This document shows, piece by piece, positions 38,401-48,266 of a stretch of DNA of 64,000 bases. The notes under the pieces were generated by a model that saw only the letters and a program-made list of their open reading frames with translations, made no database searches and had not been told where the DNA came from. Every line of letters begins with the position of its first letter. Positions within the stretch are counted from its first letter, which is position 1. Origin of the DNA: an uncultured Candidatus Saccharibacteria bacterium (GTDB lineage: Bacteria; Patescibacteriota; Minisyncoccia; Phycocordibacterales; UBA12088); the NCBI GenBank assembly GCA_964562615.1, contig CAZLUD010000003.1, forward strand, positions 2,885 through 66,884, given 5' to 3'. Both the position numbers and the translations under genes were made by a program.

Positions 38401-38876
38401 AAGTTATAACAAAAATGGAGACTACGCGAGAAATTGTGTCACGCGCTCTTAAACTGCGAGCAGGTGCTGGCATCAAAGTGAGACAGCCACTGAGAGCTCT
38501 ATTATTGCATGCTGATATTGCGATATATCCAGAATTAGTAAAAGAAGAGGTGAATGTAAAAGAGGTAACCTGCGTACCACAAGAAGGAGAGGAAATTTCT
38601 CTTGATACCACCCTTACTGAAGTGCTTATCGAAGAGGGTATTCTTCGAGATCTTTTGCGTGCAATCCAAGACACAAGAAAGGAGGAGGGACTATCACCGT
38701 TTGATAGCGCGTCACTAACTGTTTGTGCAGGAGAGCGCGAACGAGCATTCATTGAGAAGTATCGTACCGATATAATGAAAACCACCAAGGTTACCACTAT
38801 TACGTATACTGAAACAGAACAAGCACACCTCCATACCGCCGAAGGATATTCACTATCCTTTTCTATTGCGACATGA
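35418..38876 (+). CDS. ileS: isoleucyl-tRNA synthetase, type 2 (eukaryote/Thermus-like), carrying an inserted ~195-aa histidine-phosphatase (PGM-family) domain at nt ~36925-37508
   Basis: Collinear with Thermus-type IleRS throughout: YEGPPTANGRPGIHH, GWDTHGLPVELEVEK, KMSKSLGN, DQTRGWFY. The insert carries the RHG motif VVMRHGEAQSN, then VYTSPLPRTMETA, then LRETNFGVFDG, then ILVVTHADVV. Confidence 0.9.
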   Translation: MKDYNDFMKEYASGEAAKRESNILAFWDEHEVFKKTLEKDSPKGEFIFYEGPPTANGRPGIHHIEARSFKDIIPRYKTMQGYHVRRKGGWDTHGLPVELEVEKRLGLKNKKDIETFGVAAFNEECKKSVWTYASEWQAFTKRIGYWVDIEDAYVTYKSDYIESVWHVVKEADNKGLLYKDYKVVPWCARCGTGLSSHELAQGYDEVSDVSVYVAFKVIAEENTYLLAWTTTPWTLPGNVALAVHESVEYVKVKKDDAYYYVAKERMAVLGEEVMVVSSHMGSDLVGISYEPLFPYLADLLPTDQQERLEKAYKVYPASFVTTLDGTGIVHTAVMYGQDDFELGTVVGLPKFHLVDESGKFVNGTGSLQGLVAKEKDVFSEAEKTILRELGERIFKKEKVTHTYPFCWRCKQPIIYYAHDSWYFAMSKLRDTLVEENQKINWEPSHIKDGRFGEWLSGVKDWALSRERYWGTPLPVWVSSDNKERLVVDSIATMRAHMKPPKNTFVVMRHGEAQSNAHQYLNSSIDARNVLTDEGKRQVQARIEELKSLGITKVYTSPLPRTMETAACITEALQLPPAIIDDRLRETNFGVFDGRPIHEMDAVIPHHKSFTHAPEGGETIRDVRTRVGSFLSERDNEHEGESILVVTHADVVWMSLAISNGYSEDRSKKAYKEGDFPKTAEIRTVSFVPLPYNASYEIDLHRPYVDDVVLYSDKGTPLTRVKEVMDVWFDSGCMPYAQDHYPFENKEWVDNHGFPADYIAEAIDQTRGWFYTLHAVGVLLGRGRAYKNVICLGHILDDKGKKMSKSLGNIVNPWEMMALHGVDALRLFMYSVNQPGDSKNFDQSTVDEITKKVFNPLINTVALYRLYAKESTANPFESPHVLDMWILAMLSRLITTTTKALDEYRLLESSRAIRDFIADLSQWYVRRSRDRYKGDNEEDARFALATTRYVLETLAKVMAPFTPFIAEEVYQTVRTNESPLSVHLAAWPQPAGDNEEVITKMETTREIVSRALKLRAGAGIKVRQPLRALLLHADIAIYPELVKEEVNVKEVTCVPQEGEEISLDTTLTEVLIEEGILRDLLRAIQDTRKEEGLSPFDSASLTVCAGERERAFIEKYRTDIMKTTKVTTITYTETEQAHLHTAEGYSLSFSIAT

Positions 38877-39469
38877 GTCATCATATCTATAGGACAGAGG
38901 CGATAGTACTATCTGCACGCCCCTATAAAGAGGCGAATCTCCTCGCTACCTTTCTTACGCGCGAGATGGGCGTGGTACGTGCGGTAGTTATTAGTGGCAG
39001 AAAAGAATCGTCTCGCTTGCGATACGGCGTGCAGCCACTCTCACAAGTAGAGCTCTCTCTGGTGCGCGGCAAACTGCTTTGGAGAGTTACCGGGGTTCAT
39101 GTGGTTGAACAGTGGCAAACAACACTTGTGCGTAAGAGTGATAGGGAAATAATGCGACGCATAGGAAATCTCATTGAGGCACTAGTAGTAGAAGAGGATG
39201 CGAGTGTGACATTATATACCACCTTTATAGAGGGTATGCGCGCTATAGTGCTCGAGTCTGATGCGGGGATACGCTCTTTGAGGGAGTTGTACATGGTTCG
39301 GTACATACTAGGAGAGCTTGGATATATGGAAAAAGAAACCACCGCTTTGTTTAACTTGTCATCAGTGGTAAGCAAAGAAGCTATTGAGGCTATGATGAAA
39401 GAAAAGGCAACCTTGGTAGGAAAGATAAATCACGCAATTGGTGCATCACAGTTGTACCGAAGTCATTAA
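38873..39469 (+). CDS. recO: DNA repair protein RecO (short form)
   Basis: TEAIVLSARPYKEANLLATFLTREMGVVRAVVISGRKESSRLRYGVQPLSQVELSL matches the RecO N-terminal OB pattern. Confidence 0.7.
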   Translation: MSHHIYRTEAIVLSARPYKEANLLATFLTREMGVVRAVVISGRKESSRLRYGVQPLSQVELSLVRGKLLWRVTGVHVVEQWQTTLVRKSDREIMRRIGNLIEALVVEEDASVTLYTTFIEGMRAIVLESDAGIRSLRELYMVRYILGELGYMEKETTALFNLSSVVSKEAIEAMMKEKATLVGKINHAIGASQLYRSH

Positions 39470-39490
39470 ATACGCGCTATACTAATCGTA

Positions 39491-41452
39491 ATGAATGAAA
39501 AGGATGATGATGCTATACATAAGGTGCAATCCAAGCTCTACTCGCGAAAACAAGCGATAGAGCCAAGAGAGCGCAGGCAACTTGCTCCTGATACCCATGT
39601 GGTTTCTGAGGAGTGGGGGACACAGGATGTGGTAGCTGACCCATCCTATACCACCATGCTCATCTCAAAGATGAGAGCGCGTGCATCTGCAGCAAAACGG
39701 ACACAAGAGATGCTCCCTTCGGTAAAGATACTACTCATAGCGTCAGTAGTTTTTTTCCTCTTCTCGTCTGTTGTCTCACTCATTTTGTTTTTTGGAGGTT
39801 CAAATGTCGTGTCTGCCCGAAATATTGATATTGAAATAGCGGGTCCCGTTGCTATGGAGGGTGGTCAAGAGTTGGTGCTACAGATTGGCATAGTAAACAG
39901 AAATTCAATACCTCTTGAGCTTGCTGATCTTATTGTTGAATATCCTGATGGAACACGAATGTCAGGCAACCTTAATGCTGAGTTGCCACGAACAAGAGAA
40001 TCAATCGGCACCATTAAGCCGGGAGAGAAAGTAAAAAAAACCGCTCGCGCAATTTTGTTTGGACCTGAAAATTCTTCACAGCGTGTACTCGTTACTCTTG
40101 AATATCGCATACAAGATTCAAATGCCATTTTTGTGAAGGAGGCATCACACGATATCGTGCTTAGCGCGGCACCAATAGCAGTACGAGTGGGAGCACTAGA
40201 GGAGGTGGTTTCTGGTCAAGAAGTAGAATTTACCGTTGAGCTTATTTCTAACTCAACACAAACCATAGAGGATGTGTTGTTGGTAGCTGAATACCCACAA
40301 GGATTTGAACTTACCGAGAGTAATCCTAAAGCCTCATTTGATTCACATATTTGGGCACTAGGTTCTCTAGAGCCAAAAACAAAAAAGGTAGTTACCTTGC
40401 GTGGGGTGGTGATAGGACAAAATCTTGAATCACGAATAATTCGTTTTAATGTGGGTGTACAAAGCAAGAGTAACGAACGTGAGCTAGCCGCGACATTCGG
40501 GACCAATGAATCTTCATTTGTTATCAAAAAACCATTCATAGGACTTGCAGTAGGAATAAATGGATCTACCACGCAAGGAGATGCAGTGATTGCGGGTGGT
40601 GAGGCGGTACGAGTGGATATTGTTTGGGAAAACAATCTACCGACAAAGATTTTGGATGGTGAAATAATCGTCTCACTTTCTGGTGGTGGATACGACAGAA
40701 AATCAGTTGCAGCAGCAAATGGTTTTTATGATTCTAATACCAACACCATTCGATGGACGGCAGAGACTATCCCTGCGCTTAAAGAAATAGCTCCCGGTGC
40801 AAGGGGGAGTGTTTCTTATAGCATAAAGACCCTCGCGATAGCAGATGATAGAAGTAACAATCAAACTCTCTCACTAGATACTCGTATACGAGGAAGAAGA
40901 ATTAACGAGGTAAATGTTCCAGAAGAAATAGAGTCATTAGTTACGAAGCGAGCGCTTATTGCTACCGATCTTATTTTTACCGCTCGCTCGCTGTATAGCA
41001 CCGGCGCCTTCAGTAACAGTGGTCCGATACCGCCAAAGGCAGAAACACAGACAACGTACACCGTGGTGTGGTCGCTTGGAAATAGTGTTAATGATCTTGA
41101 GAATGTAAAAGTGGTGGCAAACATTCCATCATATGTAAAATGGCTAGGTGCAATTAATCCTATAGGTGAAGATGTGGTATACAATCCCGTTGGTGGGAGA
41201 GTGACATGGAATGTCGGCACGCTCCCTGCGGGTGTGGGTACTAATACTAAATCAAGAGAGGTGTCCTTTCAGATTGCGATAACTCCAAGCCTCTCACAGA
41301 TTGATGAATCACCCCTGTTGGTAGGGCAGCAATCAGTCACTGGGCTTGACTCATTTACAAAGACGCAGATACAATCCTCCTACGCTCCTGTAACGACAGA
41401 ATTACTTCTTGATCCTGCGCATGGACGAGGGTCAGGGAAGGTGGCACCATAA
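39491..41452 (+). CDS. large N-terminally membrane-anchored beta-rich protein (653 aa), function unknown
   Basis: One TM (ILLIASVVFFLFSSVVSLILFF) followed by about 550 aa of repetitive Ig/CARDB-like beta segments. Confidence 0.5.
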   Translation: MNEKDDDAIHKVQSKLYSRKQAIEPRERRQLAPDTHVVSEEWGTQDVVADPSYTTMLISKMRARASAAKRTQEMLPSVKILLIASVVFFLFSSVVSLILFFGGSNVVSARNIDIEIAGPVAMEGGQELVLQIGIVNRNSIPLELADLIVEYPDGTRMSGNLNAELPRTRESIGTIKPGEKVKKTARAILFGPENSSQRVLVTLEYRIQDSNAIFVKEASHDIVLSAAPIAVRVGALEEVVSGQEVEFTVELISNSTQTIEDVLLVAEYPQGFELTESNPKASFDSHIWALGSLEPKTKKVVTLRGVVIGQNLESRIIRFNVGVQSKSNERELAATFGTNESSFVIKKPFIGLAVGINGSTTQGDAVIAGGEAVRVDIVWENNLPTKILDGEIIVSLSGGGYDRKSVAAANGFYDSNTNTIRWTAETIPALKEIAPGARGSVSYSIKTLAIADDRSNNQTLSLDTRIRGRRINEVNVPEEIESLVTKRALIATDLIFTARSLYSTGAFSNSGPIPPKAETQTTYTVVWSLGNSVNDLENVKVVANIPSYVKWLGAINPIGEDVVYNPVGGRVTWNVGTLPAGVGTNTKSREVSFQIAITPSLSQIDESPLLVGQQSVTGLDSFTKTQIQSSYAPVTTELLLDPAHGRGSGKVAP

Positions 41453-41456
41453 CCGC

Positions 41457-42848
41457 ATGAAAGAACCACAAAAAGAATCATCCATCGAGAAAGTAGTGTC
41501 ACTTTGTAAACGAAGAGGCTTTATATTTCCGGGGTCAGAAATCTACGGAGGACTAGCTGGTACGTATGACTACGGACCTCTTGGTCTTGCTATAAAAAAG
41601 AACATCGAAGCGCTGTGGTGGAAGCATTTTGTAGACAGCAGGGACGAGGTGTACGGCATAGACAGCGCCATACTCATGAATCCTCGAGTCTGGGAAGCGT
41701 CAGGGCACGTTGGAGGATTTTCAGACCCGTTAGTTGAGGATGTGGTTAATCACAAACGATATCGCGCTGATCACCTGCTTGAAGAGGCGGGTGTGGATGT
41801 CTCTGGTATGTCACTTGCACAGATGGGAGAGATGCTTTTGGAAAAGAATATAAAGAGTGCGGATGGAAACTCTCTCTCAAGTCCACAACAATTCAATATG
41901 ATGTTTAAAACATCAGTTGGCTCAGTAGAAGGACCAGACCAAATAGCGTATCTCAGACCAGAAACCGCGCAGGGCATGTTTGTGAATTTCAAAAATATCA
42001 TTGACACCTTTCATCCAAAACTTCCTTTTGGTATTGCGCAAATTGGGAAAAATTTTAGAAATGAAATTGCACCACGAGATTTTATTTTTAGAGTACGCGA
42101 GCTTGAGATAATGGAATTTGAGTACTTCTTAGAAGAAAAGAATTGGCAAGAGACATTTGAATCACTCAAAATACTATCGCATGAGTTGTTTGCGCTCCTT
42201 GGATTTTCTTCTGATGATGTTAAAGAAGTAGAAGTAGGTGATGGGGATAGAGCCCACTACAGTAAGAGGACGCTTGATTTCTACTTTAAGTACCCATTCG
42301 GATATAAAGAAATAGGCGGTATCGCGTACCGTGGAGATTTTGACCTACGTAACCATATTGATAAAAGTGGTGCAGACTTGCGCTACCATGACGCCACAAG
42401 TAACGAAAAATTTGTACCTCATGTAATTGAGCCCACCTTTGGACTCGGACGATTAGTACTTGCCGTACTTGCTAAAGCATATGATGAGGATACGTTAGGG
42501 GGTGAGGATAGAGTGGTGCTTAGACTCCCAAAACATCTTGCCCCGTATCAGGCAGCAGTGTTTCCTCTGCTTAAAAACAAACCAGAGCTTCAAACCAAAG
42601 CGCGTGAGGTGTACGCACAGCTTAAAAAGGATTTTCCACGAATTACCTTTGATGATAATGGCAATATTGGCAAGCGCTATAGAAGACAAGATGAAATTGG
42701 AACACCACTTTGCATTACTATCGATTTTGACACACTCGGAGAAGGGGATGAGGCTACAAACAAAGACACGGTAACGGTGCGGGATAGGGACTCCGGAGAA
42801 CAGCACCGTGTCGCTATTGCCGACCTTGCGTCACATTTGCTCAGATAA
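41457..42848 (+). CDS. glyQS: glycyl-tRNA synthetase (dimeric GlyQS type)
   Basis: VSLCKRRGFIFPGSEIYGGLAGTYDYGPLG is the canonical start. Class II motifs are present. The ATG at 41457 lies just after the upstream stop. Confidence 0.9.
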   Translation: MKEPQKESSIEKVVSLCKRRGFIFPGSEIYGGLAGTYDYGPLGLAIKKNIEALWWKHFVDSRDEVYGIDSAILMNPRVWEASGHVGGFSDPLVEDVVNHKRYRADHLLEEAGVDVSGMSLAQMGEMLLEKNIKSADGNSLSSPQQFNMMFKTSVGSVEGPDQIAYLRPETAQGMFVNFKNIIDTFHPKLPFGIAQIGKNFRNEIAPRDFIFRVRELEIMEFEYFLEEKNWQETFESLKILSHELFALLGFSSDDVKEVEVGDGDRAHYSKRTLDFYFKYPFGYKEIGGIAYRGDFDLRNHIDKSGADLRYHDATSNEKFVPHVIEPTFGLGRLVLAVLAKAYDEDTLGGEDRVVLRLPKHLAPYQAAVFPLLKNKPELQTKAREVYAQLKKDFPRITFDDNGNIGKRYRRQDEIGTPLCITIDFDTLGEGDEATNKDTVTVRDRDSGEQHRVAIADLASHLLR

Positions 42849-42907
42849 CATATCTATATGGGGAAAGTGTGTAGTCTCTCTATATTGCTGCGTGCTACTA
42901 TAGAGCA

Positions 42908-43963
42908 ATGAAAGGAAACACTACTATAGTTATTAGTCCAAAGACGCTATTTTTAGCAACGGCGATTGTGCTTGGTCTTTACACGCTCTATGTACTCAAA
43001 GACCTTGTGCTGGTACTTCTCACCTCAATTGTTATCGCAAGCGCGATAGAGCCAGCGGTGGATTGGTTTAAACGGTACCACGTACCTCGCGTAGTTGCGG
43101 TCATTACGGTATATGCCACCATCATCGGATTTTTTGCTGGGCTTATTGGGTTTTTCATCCCACCAGTCCTTGATGAAATGTCCGGCTTTCTCGATATATT
43201 GCCAACATACTTAGAGCAAGTAAGTATCTCAAACCCAATGACTGGTGAGGTGGTCCATGATGAGGCGGGGGCAGTATTTTCACTTCGAGACGGAGTAATA
43301 GAGTTACGAAACGCGCTCACTAACGCATCAGACGGATTTGTACAAACGGTATCTATCGTATTCGGCGGCTTTGTAAGCTTTGTACTTATCATCATTTTTT
43401 CATTTTATTTTTCTGTACAAGATAAGGGAATTGATGACTTTCTTCGGTTGGTTGTTCCGGCAAAGTACACCAATAAGGTATTAGACCTCTGGAAGAGAAG
43501 TCAGAAAAAAATTGGTCTATGGATGCAAGGACAACTCCTTCTTGGGCTGATTGTGGGAGTGCTTACGTACCTAGGACTTACCGTGCTTGGCGTGAGATAC
43601 AGTTTACTTTTTGCAATAATTGCTGGATTGCTTGAGATTATCCCACTCTTTGGTCCGGTACTCGCATCAATACCCGCTATCGCTCTTGCCTTTGTGGATG
43701 GAGGCCCATCACTTGGCTTTTTAGTCATTGGGCTATACCTTATTATTCAGCAATTTGAAAACCATCTTATTCACCCGTTGGTGGTATCAAAAGTGGTTGG
43801 AGTACCGCCTATACTTATTATCCTCTCCCTCCTCGTGGGAGGGCATTTAGCAGGCTTTCTGGGCATAATTCTTGCGGTACCTCTTGCTGCGGTACTACAA
43901 GAATTAGTTGCAGAAATATCTCGAGAGCGAGCGAGCTTGAATAGCGCCCCAAAGAGTGCTTAG
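42908..43963 (+). CDS. AI-2E family transporter (PerM/UPF0118)
   Basis: 8 TMs. LLEIIPLFGPVLASIPAIALAF is the family signature region. Confidence 0.75.
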   Translation: MKGNTTIVISPKTLFLATAIVLGLYTLYVLKDLVLVLLTSIVIASAIEPAVDWFKRYHVPRVVAVITVYATIIGFFAGLIGFFIPPVLDEMSGFLDILPTYLEQVSISNPMTGEVVHDEAGAVFSLRDGVIELRNALTNASDGFVQTVSIVFGGFVSFVLIIIFSFYFSVQDKGIDDFLRLVVPAKYTNKVLDLWKRSQKKIGLWMQGQLLLGLIVGVLTYLGLTVLGVRYSLLFAIIAGLLEIIPLFGPVLASIPAIALAFVDGGPSLGFLVIGLYLIIQQFENHLIHPLVVSKVVGVPPILIILSLLVGGHLAGFLGIILAVPLAAVLQELVAEISRERASLNSAPKSA

Positions 43964-43972
43964 ATTGGCTCC

Positions 43973-45412
43973 ATGGTGAAAAAACCTTTATTTATATCGA
44001 CCTCTATACCGTATGTAAACGCAAGACCTCACCTCGGTCATGCGCTAGAATTTGTACAAGCAGATGCATTTGCTCGTTTTGCGAGGATGGTGGGATATGA
44101 TGTGTTTTTTCTTTCAGGGACTGATGACAATGCCTTAAAGAATGTGCTCAAGGCTGAAGAAGCGGGAGAGGACGTTCGCAAGTATGTAAATCGCCACGCG
44201 CTAATCTTTAAAGAGCTACTCGAACAACTCAATGTCTCTCATGATGATTTTATACGTACCTCGCATGACGCTCGACACTTGGTGGGGGCGCAAACTCTAT
44301 GGAAGTCTTTCAAAAAAGAAGACGTGGTAAAAAAGGAGTACGAGGGATTGTATTGTGTTGGGTGTGAAGAATTTAAAACAGAGAAAGATTTAGTTAATGG
44401 TGAATGTCCCGAACATCCCGGAAAGAAACCAGAGCGAATCTTAGAAGAAAATTATTTCTTTAAACTCGGCAATTATACTGAGGCATTAATCGCATACATT
44501 GAAGAAGATAAGCTTCGTATTAGTCCGCAGACAAGAAAAAATGAAGTACTCAGTTTTTTGCGAGGAGGACTAGAGGATCTTAGTATTTCTCGTAGTATGG
44601 CACGTGCGCACGGGTGGGGGGTGCCGGTGCCTCACGATGATTCTCAGGTTATGTATGTATGGGTAGATGCGCTATCAAATTACATCACCGCGCTCGAGTA
44701 CGGCACTCATGGAGACAACTTTACTCACTACTGGGAAAACCCAGCTTCAAGAAGTATTCATGTTATTGGTAAAGGTATAAGCAGGTTCCATGCTATTTAT
44801 TGGCCGGCAATGCTTCTGTCTGCTGGGGTACCACTACCGAAACAGCTTGTGGTGCACGGATACATCACTGTAAATGCACAAAAAATGTCAAAAACAATTG
44901 GTAATGTGGTTGACCCGTTATCGCTTGTTGCTGAGTATGGCACTGATGCGGTGCGGTACTATCTCCTTAGAGAAGTACATCCGTTTGAAGACGGAGACTT
45001 TACCTTTGAGCGATTTAAAGAGGTCTATAATGCCAATCTTGCAAATGGGCTAGGTAATGTAGTGTCTCGTGTTATGAAGCTTGCAGAAACATATCTTGCA
45101 GCAGATGAACTACCTACCATAGAAATGCCAGAAGCATTTGCCGCGCTACTAGAAGAGTACAAATACAATGAGGCAATGGATTATATTTGGAAACTAATCA
45201 AAGAGGCAGATGGCAGAATGACCAGTGAAGAGCCGTTTAAACTCATAAAGACTGATAGTGAGAAGGCGAAAAAGTGTATATATGAACTTCGCGCTATGGT
45301 GTATGCCATAGGGTGGTTACTCGCGCCGATGCTTCCAGAAACAAGCGAAAAAATACTCCAAGCGGTACGCGATAATAAAAAACCAGAACCACTCTTTTTA
45401 AGAAGGGACTAA
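43973..45412 (+). CDS. metG: methionyl-tRNA synthetase (short form)
   Basis: IPYVNARPHLGHALE (HIGH) and KMSKTIGNVV (KMSKS). Confidence 0.9.
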   Translation: MVKKPLFISTSIPYVNARPHLGHALEFVQADAFARFARMVGYDVFFLSGTDDNALKNVLKAEEAGEDVRKYVNRHALIFKELLEQLNVSHDDFIRTSHDARHLVGAQTLWKSFKKEDVVKKEYEGLYCVGCEEFKTEKDLVNGECPEHPGKKPERILEENYFFKLGNYTEALIAYIEEDKLRISPQTRKNEVLSFLRGGLEDLSISRSMARAHGWGVPVPHDDSQVMYVWVDALSNYITALEYGTHGDNFTHYWENPASRSIHVIGKGISRFHAIYWPAMLLSAGVPLPKQLVVHGYITVNAQKMSKTIGNVVDPLSLVAEYGTDAVRYYLLREVHPFEDGDFTFERFKEVYNANLANGLGNVVSRVMKLAETYLAADELPTIEMPEAFAALLEEYKYNEAMDYIWKLIKEADGRMTSEEPFKLIKTDSEKAKKCIYELRAMVYAIGWLLAPMLPETSEKILQAVRDNKKPEPLFLRRD

Positions 45413-45421
45413 TAGTATTTT

Positions 45422-46210
45422 GTGCGGTACATAGATATACATGCTCATCTTGATGATACGGCGTACGATACCGACAGAGCGGATGTATTGCGTGTACTTA
45501 AAGAACACGAGATTGGCGTTATTACGATTGGTACTACGTTACAAAGCTCGCAACAAGCAAGTGAGCTCGCAAGAGCAAATACCCATGTCTTTGCGTGCAT
45601 TGGTGTACATCCCGATGATGGCGCAGGTGAAATCTTTATAGAAAAGGAGTATGAGGCGATACTTCACCCTCGCGTGGTGGGGGTAGGTGAGTGCGGCTTG
45701 GATTATTTTCGTGCCAACAAAGCTGATGTATACCCCCAGCAAAAAGCACTATTTGAAGCACAGATACAATTTGCGATTTCGCACAACCTTCCTCTTATGC
45801 TCCACGTGCGTCCACGTAGGGGTACATGTGATGCGTATCACGATGCGCTCGACATACTAGAATCATACGCGCGGGAGTTTCCTACCCTGAGGGGTAATAG
45901 TCATTTTTTTGCGGGGGACGTGGCGGTTGCTTCGCGTTTGTTTGCTATTGGATTTACTATTTCCTTTACAGGGGTGATCACGTTTGCGCGAGAGTATGAT
46001 GAGGTCATACAGTATGCTCCGCTTGAGTGTATACACGCGGAGACTGATGCACCCTATGTCGCACCGGTGCCATACAGAAAAGAGCGTAATAATCCGCTCT
46101 ATATAAGCGAGATAGTACGACGCCTTGCAGAAATAAAAGGGATACAGCCGGAAAAATTGGAGGATATTCTGCTTAATAATGCAGCAAGACTATTTAACCT
46201 TGGGCTATAA
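45422..46210 (+). CDS. tatD: TatD-family metal-dependent hydrolase (GTG start)
   Basis: IDIHAHLDD...GECGLDY...LHVR. The start at 45422 is GTG. Confidence 0.8.
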   Translation: MRYIDIHAHLDDTAYDTDRADVLRVLKEHEIGVITIGTTLQSSQQASELARANTHVFACIGVHPDDGAGEIFIEKEYEAILHPRVVGVGECGLDYFRANKADVYPQQKALFEAQIQFAISHNLPLMLHVRPRRGTCDAYHDALDILESYAREFPTLRGNSHFFAGDVAVASRLFAIGFTISFTGVITFAREYDEVIQYAPLECIHAETDAPYVAPVPYRKERNNPLYISEIVRRLAEIKGIQPEKLEDILLNNAARLFNLGL

Positions 46211-46311
46211 GATGGGTTGTATATACAGAAAAGGTGCGGTGTGGGGTACTCACCGCGGCATATTGCCGATATTTGATTGGCGTGGTACAGTTCGTGCGTT
46301 ATTAGTTAGTT

Positions 46312-46836
46312 TTGTCAGTATTTATGACACAGACACACGAAGACAAGGCATCAGAGCTTGTGGTATATGAGCTAGGATATCACCTTGTTCCAACGCTCAC
46401 CGATGATGAGCTAGAACTTCGTGTGCAGGAACTACGCACGCTTATTACGCAAGCGAGCGGAACGATTCTCCATGAGGGGTTCCCGGAGCGTCACGATCTT
46501 GCATACACGATACGAAAGAGCATTCAAGGCTCGTATCAAAAGTTCGATGATTCATATTTCGGTTGGTGTAAGTTTGAAGGTATGCCAGAAGGGCAGGATG
46601 CATTAAAAGAAGGACTTGATCATATGCAGGATCTCGTACGATACATAATCGTAAAGACCAATGCAGATGCGTACGAGCCAACGGCACCAAAGATTATTGA
46701 GAGAGAAAAGGAGGCACCAGAGAGTAAGGGTATTGGTGCTGCAGGAGCGGGGGATATAGATATTTCTGAAGAGGAGATCACCAAGGCGGTTGATGAGCTT
46801 ATTGTTGAGGATGAGGGAGCGACTAAGAAAGAATAA
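46312..46836 (+). CDS. rpsF: 30S ribosomal protein S6 with an acidic C-terminal tail
   Basis: YELGYHLVP...ILHEGFPERHDLAYTIRK...VRYIIVKT. The gene lies upstream of ssb-rpsR. Confidence 0.75.
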   Translation: MSVFMTQTHEDKASELVVYELGYHLVPTLTDDELELRVQELRTLITQASGTILHEGFPERHDLAYTIRKSIQGSYQKFDDSYFGWCKFEGMPEGQDALKEGLDHMQDLVRYIIVKTNADAYEPTAPKIIEREKEAPESKGIGAAGAGDIDISEEEITKAVDELIVEDEGATKKE

Positions 46837-46881
46837 TCTGATACCATTATCAGTGTAATTATTCTTTAGACGTCTACGTAT

Positions 46882-47316
46882 ATGTATCTCAATAAAGTAT
46901 ATCTCATTGGTAACCTTACCCGCGATCCAGAAGAGCGAGCACTCCCATCAGGGATAAAAGTGACTTCTTTTTCGCTTGCAACAAATCGACGCTACAAAGA
47001 TCAATCGGGTGCGTGGCAGGATGCGACTGAATATCACAATGTAGTGGTATTTGGAAGACAAGCAGAGACATCAGCACAATACTTGCGTAAGGGTAATTCT
47101 GTTCTCATCGAAGGTCGTATGCAGACAAGAAGTTGGGAAAAGGATGGACAAAAGCAGTATCGCACCGAGATAGTTGCTGAGCGCGTTCAATTCGGACCTA
47201 AGGGAGGTGAGGCGGGAGGCGCTGCCGCTCCCGGGGCTCCAAAGAAAGATACCAAAGAGCCTGAGGCTATTGAGTACCCTGAAGATGATATTAATCCAGA
47301 AGACATACCGTTTTAA
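46882..47316 (+). CDS. ssb: single-stranded DNA-binding protein
   Basis: OB fold YLIGNLTRDPE...TEYHNVVVFGRQAE. Gly-rich linker. Acidic DDINPEDIPF tip. Confidence 0.9.
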   Translation: MYLNKVYLIGNLTRDPEERALPSGIKVTSFSLATNRRYKDQSGAWQDATEYHNVVVFGRQAETSAQYLRKGNSVLIEGRMQTRSWEKDGQKQYRTEIVAERVQFGPKGGEAGGAAAPGAPKKDTKEPEAIEYPEDDINPEDIPF

Positions 47317-47319
47317 ACA

Positions 47320-47526
47320 TTGTTGTTACTCACCATGGAACAAAAAAGACACAGTCACAAACACATAGACTACAAAGACCTAGAGCTATTGAAGCGATAC
47401 CTTAACCCATATGGCCGTATTCTTTCTCGAAAGAGAACAGGACTTACTGCAAGTAGCCAGCGAATGCTCGCGGGCGCGGTAAAGCGAGCTCGTTTTATGG
47501 CATTGCTTCCATATATCGAACGATAG
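47320..47526 (+). CDS. rpsR: 30S ribosomal protein S18
   Basis: [50 protein letters not shown]. Confidence 0.9.
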   Translation: MLLLTMEQKRHSHKHIDYKDLELLKRYLNPYGRILSRKRTGLTASSQRMLAGAVKRARFMALLPYIER

Positions 47527-47543
47527 TAGTACGTGTGAATGCA

Positions 47544-47590
47544 CACCAAAAAACCACTATAGCAGTATTGCTATAGTGGTTTTTTGGTGT
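47544..47590. terminator. bidirectional rho-independent terminator between rpsR (+) and efp (-)
   Basis: acaccAAAAAACCACTATAGCagtattGCTATAGTGGTTTTTTggtgt. Confidence 0.8.
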
Positions 47591-47603
47591 CTAAGGTGTA
47601 TAC

Positions 47604-48173
47604 CTACGCCTTCTCTACGCGCTCCACATATTCATTTGAGTCTGTATTTACTCGTATCATGTCACCAACATTGATAAACATTGGTACGGTAACCGCAGCG
47701 CCGCTCTCGAGGGTTGCGATTTTGTTACCGCCTTGTACCGAGTTGCCTTTTACATTTGGTGGAGTGTCAGCTACAAGCAATTCCATTTTAACCGGGATAG
47801 TAATACTGATAAGCGCCTCATTAAAGAATAGGGCAGTCACCTCAGTATTTGCTTTTAAGTACAATAGCTCGTGTTCAATGGTGTCACTCGGTATCATGTA
47901 CCGCTCGCTCTTGTTGGTGACGTTATGGAACCAGCTTTCGCCTTTTTGGGTGTATATATATACCAACGTTTTTGTTTCTATATCAGCTTCAGGGATAGTT
48001 TCGTTTTGGTGGAACGACCGCTCCGTTACTTTGCCAGTTTTAAGGTGCTTAAGCGTTGTCTGATTAACCGGTTTTCGCTGTTGCTTTCTAAATACATGTG
48101 AGGCAAGCACCATATATGGCTCGCCCTCTATGTCGATAATCTTCTTTGGTAGTATTTCATTATAGTCCAACAT
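47604..48173 (-). CDS. efp: elongation factor P
   Basis: 189 aa. The N-terminal KOW-like domain is IIDIEGEPYMVLASHVFRKQQRKP...KTGKV and is followed by two OB domains. The loop carries RKQQRKP instead of the KPGKG of the EF-P I know. Confidence 0.8.
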   Translation of the reverse strand: MLDYNEILPKKIIDIEGEPYMVLASHVFRKQQRKPVNQTTLKHLKTGKVTERSFHQNETIPEADIETKTLVYIYTQKGESWFHNVTNKSERYMIPSDTIEHELLYLKANTEVTALFFNEALISITIPVKMELLVADTPPNVKGNSVQGGNKIATLESGAAVTVPMFINVGDMIRVNTDSNEYVERVEKA

Positions 48174-48266
48174 ACCGAATGATTATGCCGTTTTTTAAAT
48201 ACTTTGCAACCTTTTTGCTGTGCGGACGGTTGCAATATGTGTAGGTCGAGTTAGCATACTATTACC